Below are positions 23,701 through 31,799 of a DNA stretch of 64,000 nucleotides, in pieces (position 1 is the first letter of the stretch; each line of letters starts with the position of its first letter). The stretch is from Candidatus Omnitrophota bacterium (GTDB lineage Bacteria; Acidobacteriota; Aminicenantia; UBA2199). Under the pieces are notes generated by a model. The model was not told where the DNA came from and searched no databases. It worked only from the letters and a program-made list of their open reading frames with translations. Location of the stretch: contig JBLMYT010000061.1 in the NCBI GenBank assembly GCA_050258455.1, forward strand, positions 41,049 through 105,048. The letters run 5' to 3'. Position numbers and translations under genes: made by a program.

Positions 23701-25874
23701 CTCAGACATCGATTTTTATTTTGGATCGTTATATGGACCTATTACCGGTAGGTGTGCAAGGTGAGGTTTATATCGGTGGCTTCGGACTGGCCAGAGGATA
23801 TTTAAACAATCCCGAACTAACAAGCGATAAATTTATTAATATAAATAAAAATATAAATAAACAACCAAACAATCCCCAAAATAAAAGTTTTTGGTCCCAC
23901 CTTTTTTCAAAAAGGTGGGCCGCCGGAGGCATTGTCTATAAAACGGGGGATTTAGGACGATGGTTGCCGGATGGAGCGATTGAGTTCATGGGGAGAGTGG
24001 ATCATCAGGTGAAGATTCGGGGTTTTCGGATTGAATTGGGGGAAATTGAGAGCGTGTTGGTCAAGCATGAATCTGTTAAAGAAGCAGTGGTTGTTTCAAA
24101 GCAGGACCAGAAGGGGAGTCATCTGTATTTGATTGCTTATCTGGTCGGAGAACAAGAGCTAGAAGAGAAACAGATCAGGGAATACATGTCGAAGGAATGT
24201 CCGAGTCATATGATTCCCTCCTATTTTATTCCGGTTGAATCCTTTCCATTAACGCGAAATGGGAAGATCGATGTTGCTGCGTTACCGGAACCCGGGCAAA
24301 TGGCGAGCAAGAATTATGTGCCGCCTCAGAATGAAATCGAAGAAAAGTTAGCGGACATATGGTCTGAATTATTAAAAACGCAGCGCGATGTCATCGGCAT
24401 TGACGATAGTTTTTTTGAGTTGGGTGGGCATTCGTTAAAAGCGGCGCAATTGGTATCCCGGATGAAAAATGAATTGGATTCTTCCGTGACGCTTCCGGAA
24501 GTATTTAAAACGCCCACGATTCGGCAGTTGGCGGCGCGTGTTTCTGCCGGTTCGGATGAAAACATTGAAACCATACCGTTTGTCGAACAGAGAGAATATT
24601 ATCCCACATCTTATAGTCAACAGCGGATATGGAAGTTCCAGTCGAACCATCCCGGGAGTACGGCGTTCAGCCTTCACGAGCATATTCCGTTGAATCTTGA
24701 GGTTGATATCGATGTCATTCGACATGTTCTGGCCGAGTTAGCGAATCGGCATGAAAGTTTCCGAACCTGGTTTAAGGAAATCAACGGGGAACCCTTTCAG
24801 TTTATTGAACCGGTTGTAGAGATTCCCGTAGAAGTTATCGATATTTCATCCTTACCGGAAGAAGAGAGGGAAGCGGCCGTATCGAAAATTTATGATAATG
24901 TTGCCTTGAAACCGTTTGACCTTGGGCGTGCGCCATTGGTGGATGTCGTATTGGTAAAAAGGGAAAACCGGGTATGGGATTTCATATGGAATTTGCAGCA
25001 TATTATTACGGATGGGTATTCGCAGGACGTATTAAAAGATGAATTCATGGCGTTGTACACAGCCGCATTGGAAAAAAGACCTGCACCATTGGCGCCTATT
25101 TCCTTGACCTACAAAGATTTTGCCGTATGGCAGCGGCGCCGAGTCGGTCGTGCGGGAGACAAAGAAGAAGCGGTTCAATATTGGAAAACCAAACTCAAGG
25201 AAGGGTTTCCGGATCTTCGACTTCCGTTTGATTCGCGCCCGCCGTCGGATGACCTTCGGAGCATCCGGCTTCACACCTTTATACCTGAGAATATAAAAAC
25301 GGGTTTGGAAAAAATTATTGAAAAGCATCATTATACGCTGTTTATGGTATTACTGACCGCGTTTAATCTGGCGTTGCATCGATTGACCGGGCAGACCGAA
25401 ATTGCGCTCCGGGTTGTGAATGCCGGAAGGGAACGTCCTGAATTGCAACCGTTAATTGGGTATTTTGTTCACCCGGCGGTGGTCAAAAGCACGGTTGAAG
25501 GCGATGAACCGTTTATTGAGTTATTAACGCGAACGGCTGATAATGCCTTAAAGGTATTTCAATACCAATGGTATCCGTTGGAAGAAGCGGCCCGGGATTT
25601 GGGGATGAAAACACCGAACCTGTATATCTCTTTTAATATGCAAAACATCAGTGAAAGTCGGATTGATGCGGATGTAGACGTGAAAGAACCGTATATTACG
25701 GAGGATGAGAAGATAAAGGCCAAGTATCCGTTGAATGTACGGTTGATTGCGTATCGGAATTGCATTGGGGTTGTATGGGAAGCCCAAAAAGTGTTATTCA
25801 AGCCGCAAACGTTAAGAAAAATATTTGATGCGTATTTGGACGCGTTGGCAATCGCGGTTGGCGAAAAACCATAA
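17733..25874 (+). CDS. Non-ribosomal peptide synthetase, C-A-T-C-A-T-C
   Basis: C motifs: HHAIIDGWS, MHHIISDGVS (nt ~21643-21672), LQHIITDGYS (nt ~24992-25021). Two A domains: LAYVIYTSGSTGKPKG, YKTGDLGRW, KIRGFRIELGEIE, NGKIDV. Two T domains: FFELGGHSLKA. No TE or R domain. Confidence 0.95.
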   Translation: MSATKLPQDFEDLYPLTDIQKGMLFHSFSDSDRFVYYVVNVYYLNFKDFDANLFRRVFDLMVEKHSILRTGFNMHDFKEPVQIVYKTIIPDIVHHDISSMGKTEQDAYLERLISTEKTTAFDVLNAKALWRMRTVSLEGDRICFIWVAHHAIIDGWSFASLMTEVDNTYIRLKTDINFVPPKLRATYKHYVADQLAEKKKPENILFWKAELDDYKRLHFPGSSSITHESGRKMALTKDFDSGFSKRLTDVARTYNTSLKHLFFGAYVYMLSMLSYENDIVVGLITNCRPGFPDAEKIIGCFLNTVPVRLKIPAGLRWKDYILMVEAKLREIKKYDRYSFFEIVRTIGEMTQNQNPICDTIFNFTDFHVYDQMELGTSASSGPDHPMHDNHTDNGYRLLVLETDGTNTLFDFTISNSGGNFNLLLNFGEALVCSESAIALCRYFEKILYKFIEEPDCMISKEALITDEEKETLLFHFNRAGADDPSEKTISELFEDQALRSPDHLALIGSTSVGALREAPLKKSYWAVREPPLQMTYRELNERCNALTFKLMQQGVGPDSIVGIKMERSIEMIIGIMGILKAGGAYLPIDPSYPQERIDYMLNDSRAGLFLTGDTEVTENASGVFSEQVELGRIHVVDLFRRGAPACAPGQTHGSAPTENLPEYLNQASFPSVNSVSSVRNSNLAYVIYTSGSTGKPKGVLTMHRNVVRVVKNTNYIDIQPEDRVLQLSNVAFDGSVFDIYGALLNGACLVMIGKDEVIEIDRLARVIRQEQVTVFFSTTALFNTLVELRIDSLNRIRKVLFGGERVSIEHSRKALEYLGKGRIIHVYGPTETTVYASYYPIDEIKEKAMTIPIGKPLTQTSMFVLDRYMDLLPVGVQGEVYIGGFGLARGYLNNPELTAEKFIGCRLPVAGNLFPNQNNLNPPQNKSFWSHLFSKRWAAGGIVYKTGDLGRWLLDGSIEFMGRVDHQVKIRGFRIELGEIESVLIKHESVNEAMVVSKQDQKGSHLYLIAYLVVEQEIEEKRIREYMAKECPSYMIPSYFIQVESFPLTPNGKIDVKSLPQPDHASISTCNYVAPRDEIEKKLSDIWGEVLGIPNDRIGIEDNFFELGGHSLKATTMAAKIHKSLDIRISLGQVFKNPSIRGISEFIRGMQRNRFSSIEPVEMKEYYVLSSPQKRMYVLQQMEPGSVFYNIPEFIPMAGEVDIDRLEKVFQLLIQRHESLRTSFHMMGEEPVQKVHGNVEFRIELFLTVHTEDAEGEKKKLRSGEDEKLSIAERFIKRFDLAKAPLMRVGLLKGEKDYLLMIDMHHIISDGVSREVLKRDFVSIYNGEDLSPLRIQYKDFAEWQSGNSEREKRNQQEAYWVNEFEGEIPVLNITLDYPRPAVQSFEGSTFGFELDVEDIKGIRSIIKEENATIFMVLLAAYNILFMKLSGQEDVIIGTPVAGRVHADLEKIIGMFVNTLALRNYPAGEKTFRGFLRELKQQTLAAFENQEYYFEDLVERIALSRDVARNPLFDVMFALQNMGSDSVDASKTDENGGQESDSLYEGKTSKFDMTLHGVETGNRLLFKIEYCTRLFKRETIERFSRYFKQIISHGVKFPEDRLSDIVILTEEEKHRLLVEFNESGTDNPSDKTIPELFEDEVEKGPDRLAVVHSVVKITYKQLNEQSNVLAGILQEKGVGADTIVGIRMERSVELIIGILGILKAGGAYLPIDPSYPQERIDYMLNDSRAKLLLATEDTEFTEKIGGEVNFLFAAKEAEDNYRINIKYRINIKLIDGDSYQPSSYQSSSYPSSSYSSSPYPSFFSSVSSVNSVAKNLAYVIYTSGSTGKPKGVLTMHRNVVRVVKNTNYIDIQPEDRVLQLSNYAFDGSVFDIYGALLNGACLVMIGKDELIEMDRLARVIRQEQVTVFFSTTALFNTLVELRIDSLNRVRKVLFGGERVSIEHSRKASEHLGKGRIIHVYGPTETTVYASYYPIDEIKEKAVTVPIGMPLTQTSIFILDRYMDLLPVGVQGEVYIGGFGLARGYLNNPELTSDKFININKNINKQPNNPQNKSFWSHLFSKRWAAGGIVYKTGDLGRWLPDGAIEFMGRVDHQVKIRGFRIELGEIESVLVKHESVKEAVVVSKQDQKGSHLYLIAYLVGEQELEEKQIREYMSKECPSHMIPSYFIPVESFPLTRNGKIDVAALPEPGQMASKNYVPPQNEIEEKLADIWSELLKTQRDVIGIDDSFFELGGHSLKAAQLVSRMKNELDSSVTLPEVFKTPTIRQLAARVSAGSDENIETIPFVEQREYYPTSYSQQRIWKFQSNHPGSTAFSLHEHIPLNLEVDIDVIRHVLAELANRHESFRTWFKEINGEPFQFIEPVVEIPVEVIDISSLPEEEREAAVSKIYDNVALKPFDLGRAPLVDVVLVKRENRVWDFIWNLQHIITDGYSQDVLKDEFMALYTAALEKRPAPLAPISLTYKDFAVWQRRRVGRAGDKEEAVQYWKTKLKEGFPDLRLPFDSRPPSDDLRSIRLHTFIPENIKTGLEKIIEKHHYTLFMVLLTAFNLALHRLTGQTEIALRVVNAGRERPELQPLIGYFVHPAVVKSTVEGDEPFIELLTRTADNALKVFQYQWYPLEEAARDLGMKTPNLYISFNMQNISESRIDADVDVKEPYITEDEKIKAKYPLNVRLIAYRNCIGVVWEAQKVLFKPQTLRKIFDAYLDALAIAVGEKP
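19270..19289. repeat. GGGCGCTTC-GA-GAAGCGCCC palindrome, in frame (VGALREAP)
   Basis: Identical core to 2977-2996. Confidence 0.8.
19306..19325. repeat. GGGCGGTTCG/CGAACCGCCC palindrome, in frame (WAVREPP), followed by CTACAAA
   Basis: Perfect 10-bp arms. Differs from the intergenic GGGCGATTCG/CGAATCGCCC by one compensated pair. Confidence 0.8.
19563..19768 (+). repeat. Inverted-repeat-bounded insertion between A2 and A3 motifs, in frame
   Basis: Arms: cacaggggacacggaggtcacggag (19563-19587) and cctctgtgaactccgtgtcctccgtgag (19741-19768). Interior holds GGGCGCAC..GTGCGCCC (19655-19676) and GGGCAGAC..GTCTGCCC (19677-19698). Confidence 0.7.
20508..20554 (+). repeat. Hairpin element in A6-A7 loop, in frame (KSFWSHLFSKRWAAGG)
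   Basis: AAAAGTTTTTGG, then palindrome CCCACCTTTTT-TC-AAAAAGGTGGG (20521-20544), then CCGCCGGAGG. Confidence 0.8.
21468..21501 (+). repeat. CACGGAGGA-type 9-mer run inside the C domain, in frame (LTVHTEDAEG)
   Basis: tttctcacggtgcacacggaggacgcggaggggg, at the same C-domain position as 1716-1792. Confidence 0.6.
22929..23167 (+). repeat. Inverted-repeat-bounded insertion between A2 and A3 motifs, in frame, with different cargo
   Basis: Arms: gccacagaggacacagagttcacagag (22929-22955) and cctctgtgtcctctgtgaactctgtggc (23140-23167). Cargo: an 18-bp repeat (RINIKYRINIK) and five 15-bp repeats at 23061-23135 (SYQPS SYQSS SYPSS SYSSS PYPSF). Confidence 0.7.
23883..23929 (+). repeat. Hairpin element in A6-A7 loop, in frame
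   Basis: Same sequence as 20508-20554. Palindrome at 23896-23919. Confidence 0.8.
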
Positions 25875-25933
25875 ACGTGTTCGCGCATGCTTATGAATAA
25901 AACCATGCATCAAGAGTTGCATTGCAAAAAAAC

Positions 25934-25962
25934 TTGACCGTTATTCCCCGTTCTTTTATAAT
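25934..25962 (+). promoter_or_regulatory. Near-consensus sigma-70 promoter upstream of the M28 peptidase gene
   Basis: TTGACC (25934-25939), 17 nt, TATAAT (25957-25962). RBS AAGGAG lies 7 nt before the ATG at 26040. Confidence 0.55.
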
Positions 25963-26039
25963 GAAAGATAATGAAACCTAACCCATATCCGTCATATCGA
26001 TCATATCTATCATATATATCATATATATAAGGAGAAACC

Positions 26040-27569
26040 ATGAAACCAAGAACAAAACCTATTTCCATTCTGACCTTATTATCTGTTGGGATATTATTTT
26101 TTCTCTTTTTTACTTTTTCCCCTGTTCATTCTCAGGAAACGGAAAATGTTCCGTTAAGCAATGAACAAAAAATAATGAATGCCATGCATGCCATTTCCAG
26201 TCAGACGTTATTCGGGTACGTGAAGGAATGTTGTTCCGAGAAATATCAAGGGCGTCTGACCGGAACACCCGCGTATGATGCTTCCGCGCAATGGATCGCC
26301 TCATTGATGAACGAATGGGGAATTCAACCTGCCGGCGATAATGGGACTTACTTTCAGGATTTTCCCAATCCGTATACCCTCATTTTAAACGAAGGAAACG
26401 TCACCCTTCATATTCCCTATAAAAACAACAGCGTCATCGACAAAACATATGTCTACGAAACCGATTATTTTCCCGGCGGAACCTCGGATTCCGGAGAGAT
26501 CAACGCCGAAGTGGTCTATGTCGGATACAGTATCACGGCCCCTGAACTCAATTACGACGATTACAAAGGCATGGACGTCAAAGGCAAAATCGTTTTATTC
26601 GAACGGGAAGTGCCGGTTTCTCCCCAAAAAGAGCCCGTTGAATTCAAAAAATGGCGACCGTATTCCTTTCATCATTACAAAGTCAAAAACGCCAGAGATC
26701 ACGGAGCCGCAGGCGTCATGTTCAATTACCCCATCGCCAACCCCAATTGTACCTTTATTAAAGGATTGATTGTCTTCAACGTGGGCGATAAAATCGTCAA
26801 CGATCTGTTCGCCGGCACGGGACAAAAATACGATAAGGTGGTCGAATCGATCGATAAAACCCGGAAACCCCATTCCTTTAGTACCGGAAAAACCATGTCG
26901 CTCAAGGCGTCGACCCAACATCATCCCGAAGGCATCGGAAAAAACGTCATCGGTATCATCGAAGGCTCCGACCCGGAATTAAAAAAAGACGTGATCATGA
27001 TCGGCGGGCATCTGGACCACTGCGGAAGTACCCCCAAACTCATGCCCGGTGCCAATGACAATGCCTCTGCTGTTGCCGTCATGCTGGGAATTGCCGAAGC
27101 CATCCATCAGTCGGGTGTCAAACCCAAACGCACCATTGTTTTCAATTTCTTCGGCGCCGAAGAACAGGGCGTCAAAGGTTCGGAATACTATCTGAACCAT
27201 CCCTCTATTCGCAACAAAGAGGTCAAAGCCTTCATCAACATGGACGGCGTGGGACGAGGCGATAAACTCGAAGCTATCGCCGGAAAAAACTCTCCCGAAT
27301 TATGGAAGCATTTTGAAGACGCCAACAACAAATACATCCACCGAATTGTGACTCCGACCTATTTTGCCAATAATGCCCGTCCCAGACAGGATGCCTCTCA
27401 TTTCATGTGGGCCGGAATTCCGACGATTTCTTTTGGAACCCGCGGCGGAGATCCCCTTCCCTTTGATTATTACCACAATTCCTTCGATCATCCGTCCATC
27501 ATAACGCCGAATATCATGCAAGACCTTTCCCGCTTGATTTTCCTCACCGTTATGGAAATGGCCGAATAA
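26040..27569 (+). CDS. Secreted M28-family metallopeptidase with PA domain
   Basis: N-terminal signal/TM segment. GGHLDH..PGANDNASAVAVMLGIAEA and FNFFGAEEQGVKGSEYY zinc-ligand motifs. Confidence 0.85.
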   Translation: MKPRTKPISILTLLSVGILFFLFFTFSPVHSQETENVPLSNEQKIMNAMHAISSQTLFGYVKECCSEKYQGRLTGTPAYDASAQWIASLMNEWGIQPAGDNGTYFQDFPNPYTLILNEGNVTLHIPYKNNSVIDKTYVYETDYFPGGTSDSGEINAEVVYVGYSITAPELNYDDYKGMDVKGKIVLFEREVPVSPQKEPVEFKKWRPYSFHHYKVKNARDHGAAGVMFNYPIANPNCTFIKGLIVFNVGDKIVNDLFAGTGQKYDKVVESIDKTRKPHSFSTGKTMSLKASTQHHPEGIGKNVIGIIEGSDPELKKDVIMIGGHLDHCGSTPKLMPGANDNASAVAVMLGIAEAIHQSGVKPKRTIVFNFFGAEEQGVKGSEYYLNHPSIRNKEVKAFINMDGVGRGDKLEAIAGKNSPELWKHFEDANNKYIHRIVTPTYFANNARPRQDASHFMWAGIPTISFGTRGGDPLPFDYYHNSFDHPSIITPNIMQDLSRLIFLTVMEMAE

Positions 27570-27571
27570 AT

Positions 27572-28981
27572 TTACGCCTTCTTTTTCTTTCGGTCGCGGT
27601 ATACTTTCTTCAGATAAATTTCCCAGATGTCGTTTTGATACACGCACGCCGCCTTGTTTAACCGGTTCCATTGATCGATCCCGGACAAAATGCATCCGCC
27701 CGCGCAAATCCCAACCAATCGGCATTCCATACACTCGCGGCGCAACGTATCCATCCGCTCCCGGATGTACCGGGAGGAATGATCCCAGAGAGCCGGATCA
27801 TAGATATTCTCATTGAGATCTTTAAACGGCATGGCTGCCTTTTTAATGTATCCGCACAAGTGCGAGACAGAAAGCTCGGTTAAATTGAACTCGATACCCA
27901 AACGAGGGAAACCGGATAGCCCCGGACAATTGAAGGCAAAACGATACGCATCCTGGTTAATCTTATTTTTGGCCGTCGTGAAAATCGATTCCTCGACCCG
28001 GAATCCTTCCGGCGTATTGGATTCGAGAAACCATCCCATTAACTTCGCCTTTTCTCGGGCATCTTCTTCGGAAACCTCCAGTAAATTCGGGGCCAGCCGT
28101 GCTGCCGCAAACCCATACCGATCCATGCGGTAAACGTCTTCCGGCTTAAAATCCTCCAGGGATTTGATGGTGCCCTGAAAAATGACCGGGGGCGTATTCG
28201 GATTGTGCATCCGGTAAAGTTCGACGTTACGAATGACATCATCGAAGGACCCTTTTCCATTATGGTAAACCCGGCTCTTATCGTGTGCGTCCCGGTATCC
28301 GTCGATACTGAGATGCACTTTAAAATGGTGGCGATTGAAAAAACGGGCAATTTCTTCGGTTAATAACGTCATATTGGTATTGATGCTGTATTCCACATTG
28401 AACTGCGAATATCGGGTTGAAATCCGATTGACAATTTTTTCCATCAACGGCCAATCGGCCAGCATCTCGCCTCCGTTAAAAAAAACTTTGGCTTCCCGAA
28501 CCCCACGCTTCACTTTCCGTTCAAAGAATTGATCGATGCACATTTCAACCGCCCGCATCCGCTCGTGCGGATGGAATTGACCGCCACCCAGAGACGCCGC
28601 ATGTTTGTTCACACAGTAGGAACACCCCAGATTACACACATTGGTCATGAATTTCAATTCGTTGTAATCGGCTTCCGTGTCGTAAAATTCCCTGGCATTG
28701 CGGTCCAGTTCTTTCAGTTTTTGGTCGATCAGAGCCAGAAAATCCTTTTCTGACGGATCGGTATCCCCTTCATAAAGGAACTTGTGCTTTTTCGATTCAT
28801 TGATAAAGTAAGCAATATTGTCATTGGACTCAAAGGGTGTCTGTTGATCGATCCGATCCAGAAGCCCGATGGCTGCTTTATTCAAAATGAAAATCGAAGG
28901 AAAAAAACGGTTCCACCCAATGTAGATATCGGTATCTACCTCGACGTAATGCAAGTATTTCGATACATTTAAATCTGTCAT
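27572..28981 (-). CDS. Radical SAM / SPASM-domain peptide-modifying enzyme with N-terminal PqqD-like (RRE-like) region
   Basis: CNLGCSYC (CX3CX2C). C-terminal CMECRLVGICAGGC (CX2CX5CX3C, SPASM). The N-terminal ~90 aa (IYIGWNRF..IFILNKAAIGLLDRI) resemble a RiPP recognition element. Confidence 0.8.
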   Translation of the reverse strand: MTDLNVSKYLHYVEVDTDIYIGWNRFFPSIFILNKAAIGLLDRIDQQTPFESNDNIAYFINESKKHKFLYEGDTDPSEKDFLALIDQKLKELDRNAREFYDTEADYNELKFMTNVCNLGCSYCVNKHAASLGGGQFHPHERMRAVEMCIDQFFERKVKRGVREAKVFFNGGEMLADWPLMEKIVNRISTRYSQFNVEYSINTNMTLLTEEIARFFNRHHFKVHLSIDGYRDAHDKSRVYHNGKGSFDDVIRNVELYRMHNPNTPPVIFQGTIKSLEDFKPEDVYRMDRYGFAAARLAPNLLEVSEEDAREKAKLMGWFLESNTPEGFRVEESIFTTAKNKINQDAYRFAFNCPGLSGFPRLGIEFNLTELSVSHLCGYIKKAAMPFKDLNENIYDPALWDHSSRYIRERMDTLRRECMECRLVGICAGGCILSGIDQWNRLNKAACVYQNDIWEIYLKKVYRDRKKKKA

Positions 28982-29140
28982 CGCTTAATATTAACATCCC
29001 CCTATATTTTTTTCAATAAAATTTCGCTGGAATTGGAGGGTAATTTTTTTGGGGAAAAGGGTTGGATAAAAAAAGTGAACTGTGATATTTTATATAATCA
29101 TAATATATCAAACGGTTTCATTACCAATCAGAGGTTACAA

Positions 29141-30520
29141 ATGATTAAGATATTATTAATAGAAGATCAGCCAATCATGATTAAGATGCTCAAAATGCTT
29201 CTGGAACGCCATCTGTTCGGGGTCGTCGTTGCTCCCACCGTTGCCGAAGCAGCCGAAAAAATTGAACATGACAATTTTGATGTGATACTCCTGGATTTAC
29301 AATTGCCGGACGGAAACGGCATTGAATTGTTTGACCGATTTCCCAAAAAGATGGAATCCAAGACCATTATTATTACCTCCAACGTATCGGTATCCAGCGT
29401 TGTCCTGGCCATAAAAAAAGGAGCCTTCAATTACCTGGAAAAACCGGTGGACGAAGAATTACTCACCGCGCAAATTCGAAAAATCGCCGAGCTAAAAATT
29501 CTGGAACGCAGTTATCGATCCATCAAATCCGAAGTGACCTCGGATTACGGTTTCGAGGATATCGTTTACGAGAGCCGCCAAATTGCCGAGATCATCCATC
29601 GGGCCAAGATATTGGCCCAGACCGATAACGCCATTTTGATTCAGGGAGAAACCGGTGTGGGCAAGGATATCCTGTCCCGTTCGATTCACAATTGTTCCAA
29701 TCGAAAAAGCGAAGTATTTATGCCGCTCAATTGTGCGTCCATTCCCCACGAGCTATTCGAGTCGGAACTCTTTGGTTTTGCCAAAGGGGCCTTTACCGGC
29801 GCCGTGGATAGTTACAGCGGGCGATTGATCCAGGCCAATAAAGGCACCCTGTTTCTGGATGAAATCGGCGAATTGCCGCTTCATATCCAGGCCAAATTGT
29901 TACGCATCCTGGAAGAACGCGTCGTGTACCCGCTGAAAAGCAAAACCCCGGTAAAAATCGATATCCGGTTGATCTCCGCGACCAACAAGAGCCTGATGGA
30001 TGAAGTCAATCTCAAACAATTCCGAAGCGACCTGTACTACCGATTGAAAGAGTCGACCCTCTACATTCCGCCGCTTCGCGAACGGGCCGATGATATTTTA
30101 CCCCTCATCCGTCATTTTATCCGGATCTATAACCATGTGTATAATAAAAATATAACCAAAATCAGTCGAAGGGCCGAAAACTATTTCCTTAATTACTCAT
30201 GGAAAGGCAATGTGCGCGAATTAAAAAATTTGATTAAAAGCATGATTCCCTTCAAGAAAAACGATACGCTGGATCTGGACGATTTGTCCTATGCCACGAT
30301 GGAAGCCCGGGAACCGGTGGAGAAACGGTATTTGACGCTGGATGAACATGAAAAGAAATACATCCATGAGATATTGAAAGTCACCAATTATAATATCAGC
30401 CAATCCTCCAAATTATTGGGAATCAATCGGCCGCGGCTGTATCGAAAACTCAAACAATTTAATCTGGAAGAAGCATTGGTGAATTCGGAGATTTCGCAAG
30501 ACTCGATACCGGATCAATAA
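29141..30520 (+). CDS. Sigma-54-dependent response regulator (NtrC family): receiver + AAA+ + Fis-type HTH
   Basis: MIKILLIEDQ..DVILLDLQLPDGNG receiver. GETGVGKD Walker A. ESELFGFAKGAFTGA (GAFTGA loop). C-terminal NISQSSKLLGINRPRLYRKL HTH. Start chosen at 29141 (RBS GAGG 5-6 nt upstream) rather than the ORF-track 29033. Confidence 0.9.
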   Translation: MIKILLIEDQPIMIKMLKMLLERHLFGVVVAPTVAEAAEKIEHDNFDVILLDLQLPDGNGIELFDRFPKKMESKTIIITSNVSVSSVVLAIKKGAFNYLEKPVDEELLTAQIRKIAELKILERSYRSIKSEVTSDYGFEDIVYESRQIAEIIHRAKILAQTDNAILIQGETGVGKDILSRSIHNCSNRKSEVFMPLNCASIPHELFESELFGFAKGAFTGAVDSYSGRLIQANKGTLFLDEIGELPLHIQAKLLRILEERVVYPLKSKTPVKIDIRLISATNKSLMDEVNLKQFRSDLYYRLKESTLYIPPLRERADDILPLIRHFIRIYNHVYNKNITKISRRAENYFLNYSWKGNVRELKNLIKSMIPFKKNDTLDLDDLSYATMEAREPVEKRYLTLDEHEKKYIHEILKVTNYNISQSSKLLGINRPRLYRKLKQFNLEEALVNSEISQDSIPDQ

Positions 30521-30627
30521 GTGTTATATCAATAATCAATTAAATCCTTGACTTATTCGACAAATTGAACTATAAAATTAACTGATGATTCATGATGCAA
30601 TTTTTTTAATATCACACGGAGGACGAC

Positions 30628-31734
30628 ATGATCAGAACGACAGGCTCCCGATTCCGGGTCTTATTCTTATTCCTATTCCTAAGCGCGTCGGTAGTAACAC
30701 TGTATGCCACCGATAGTCAACCCTTAAAACTCGATAAAGAACGCGCATCCAAATTCGCTCAAATGGCAATGCGATGCGTCGAAAAAGAATTCCCCAATAA
30801 AATGGACCATGTTTTGGCCGGCGAAAAAGACGTTTTAACCCCCAAAACGCTTCATCCGTCTTTTTATGGGTGTTTCGATTGGCATTCATCGGTTCACGGG
30901 CACTGGATGTTGATTCGTCTGCTGAAAACATTCCCGGACCTTCCCGAAGCCCCGGCCATCCGTGAGATCCTGAACCGAAACCTCAGTGCGGAAAATATTC
31001 TCAAAGAAGCCGAATACCTCCGTCAGCCGGATCAGCGAAGCTTCGAACGGGCCTATGGGTGGGCGTGGTTTCTGAAACTCGCCGAAGAATTGTATACCTG
31101 GAATGATGCGGATGGGAAACAGTGGCTCAAGAATCTGGCCCCCCTGGAAGACGCCTTTGTGAAGCGTTACATGGATTTTTTACCCAAACAGATTTATCCG
31201 GTTCGAACCGGTGTGCATCCCAACACCGCCTTTGCTCTGGGATTTGCACTGGATTATGCCCGAACCGCCAAAAATAAAGCACTGGAAGATCTGATCATTC
31301 AGCGCAGTACCCTTTATTATTCCAAAGACCGGAATTGCCCCTGTGAGTGGGAACCGAGCGGTGAGGATTTTTTCTCCCCATGTCTCATGGAAGCCTCGTT
31401 GATGCAGCGGATCCTGAAACCGGAAGCCTTTATTCAATGGTTTCATCGGTTTATGCCTCGGGTCAATGCCGGGCAACTCGGTAATTTGATGGTTCCTGCC
31501 ATTGTCTCGGACCGAAGCGATGGAAAACTGGTGCATCTGGACGGTTTGAACCTCAGTCGCGCCTGGTGCATGATTCAAATCGCCAATGCGCTGCCCGCCC
31601 ATGATAAAGCCCGAAAGGCATTAAAAGAGGCGGCCATTCATCATACCACGGATGCCTTGAAAAATATCCAGAGCGGCGACTATGCCGGCGAGCATTGGCT
31701 GGCATCGTTTGCTACCTATCTACTGACCATGTGA
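30628..31734 (+). CDS. DUF2891-family protein with signal peptide
   Basis: FPNKMDHVL..LHPSFYGCFDWHSSVHGHWMLIRLL is typical of DUF2891. Confidence 0.7.
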   Translation: MIRTTGSRFRVLFLFLFLSASVVTLYATDSQPLKLDKERASKFAQMAMRCVEKEFPNKMDHVLAGEKDVLTPKTLHPSFYGCFDWHSSVHGHWMLIRLLKTFPDLPEAPAIREILNRNLSAENILKEAEYLRQPDQRSFERAYGWAWFLKLAEELYTWNDADGKQWLKNLAPLEDAFVKRYMDFLPKQIYPVRTGVHPNTAFALGFALDYARTAKNKALEDLIIQRSTLYYSKDRNCPCEWEPSGEDFFSPCLMEASLMQRILKPEAFIQWFHRFMPRVNAGQLGNLMVPAIVSDRSDGKLVHLDGLNLSRAWCMIQIANALPAHDKARKALKEAAIHHTTDALKNIQSGDYAGEHWLASFATYLLTM

Positions 31735-31799
31735 CGCATGGTTTTTTCGTTGTTTGTTATACGCTTTTTTATTTTTATATAAGCAGGCCGGAGGAGTAA

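Noticed and set aside
28982-29140. Sigma-54 promoter or precursor-peptide ORF in the divergent region between the rSAM/SPASM gene and the sigma-54 activator gene
   Set aside because: No TGGCAC-N5-TTGCA-like element was seen on either strand, and no short ORF with an RBS was seen by eye.
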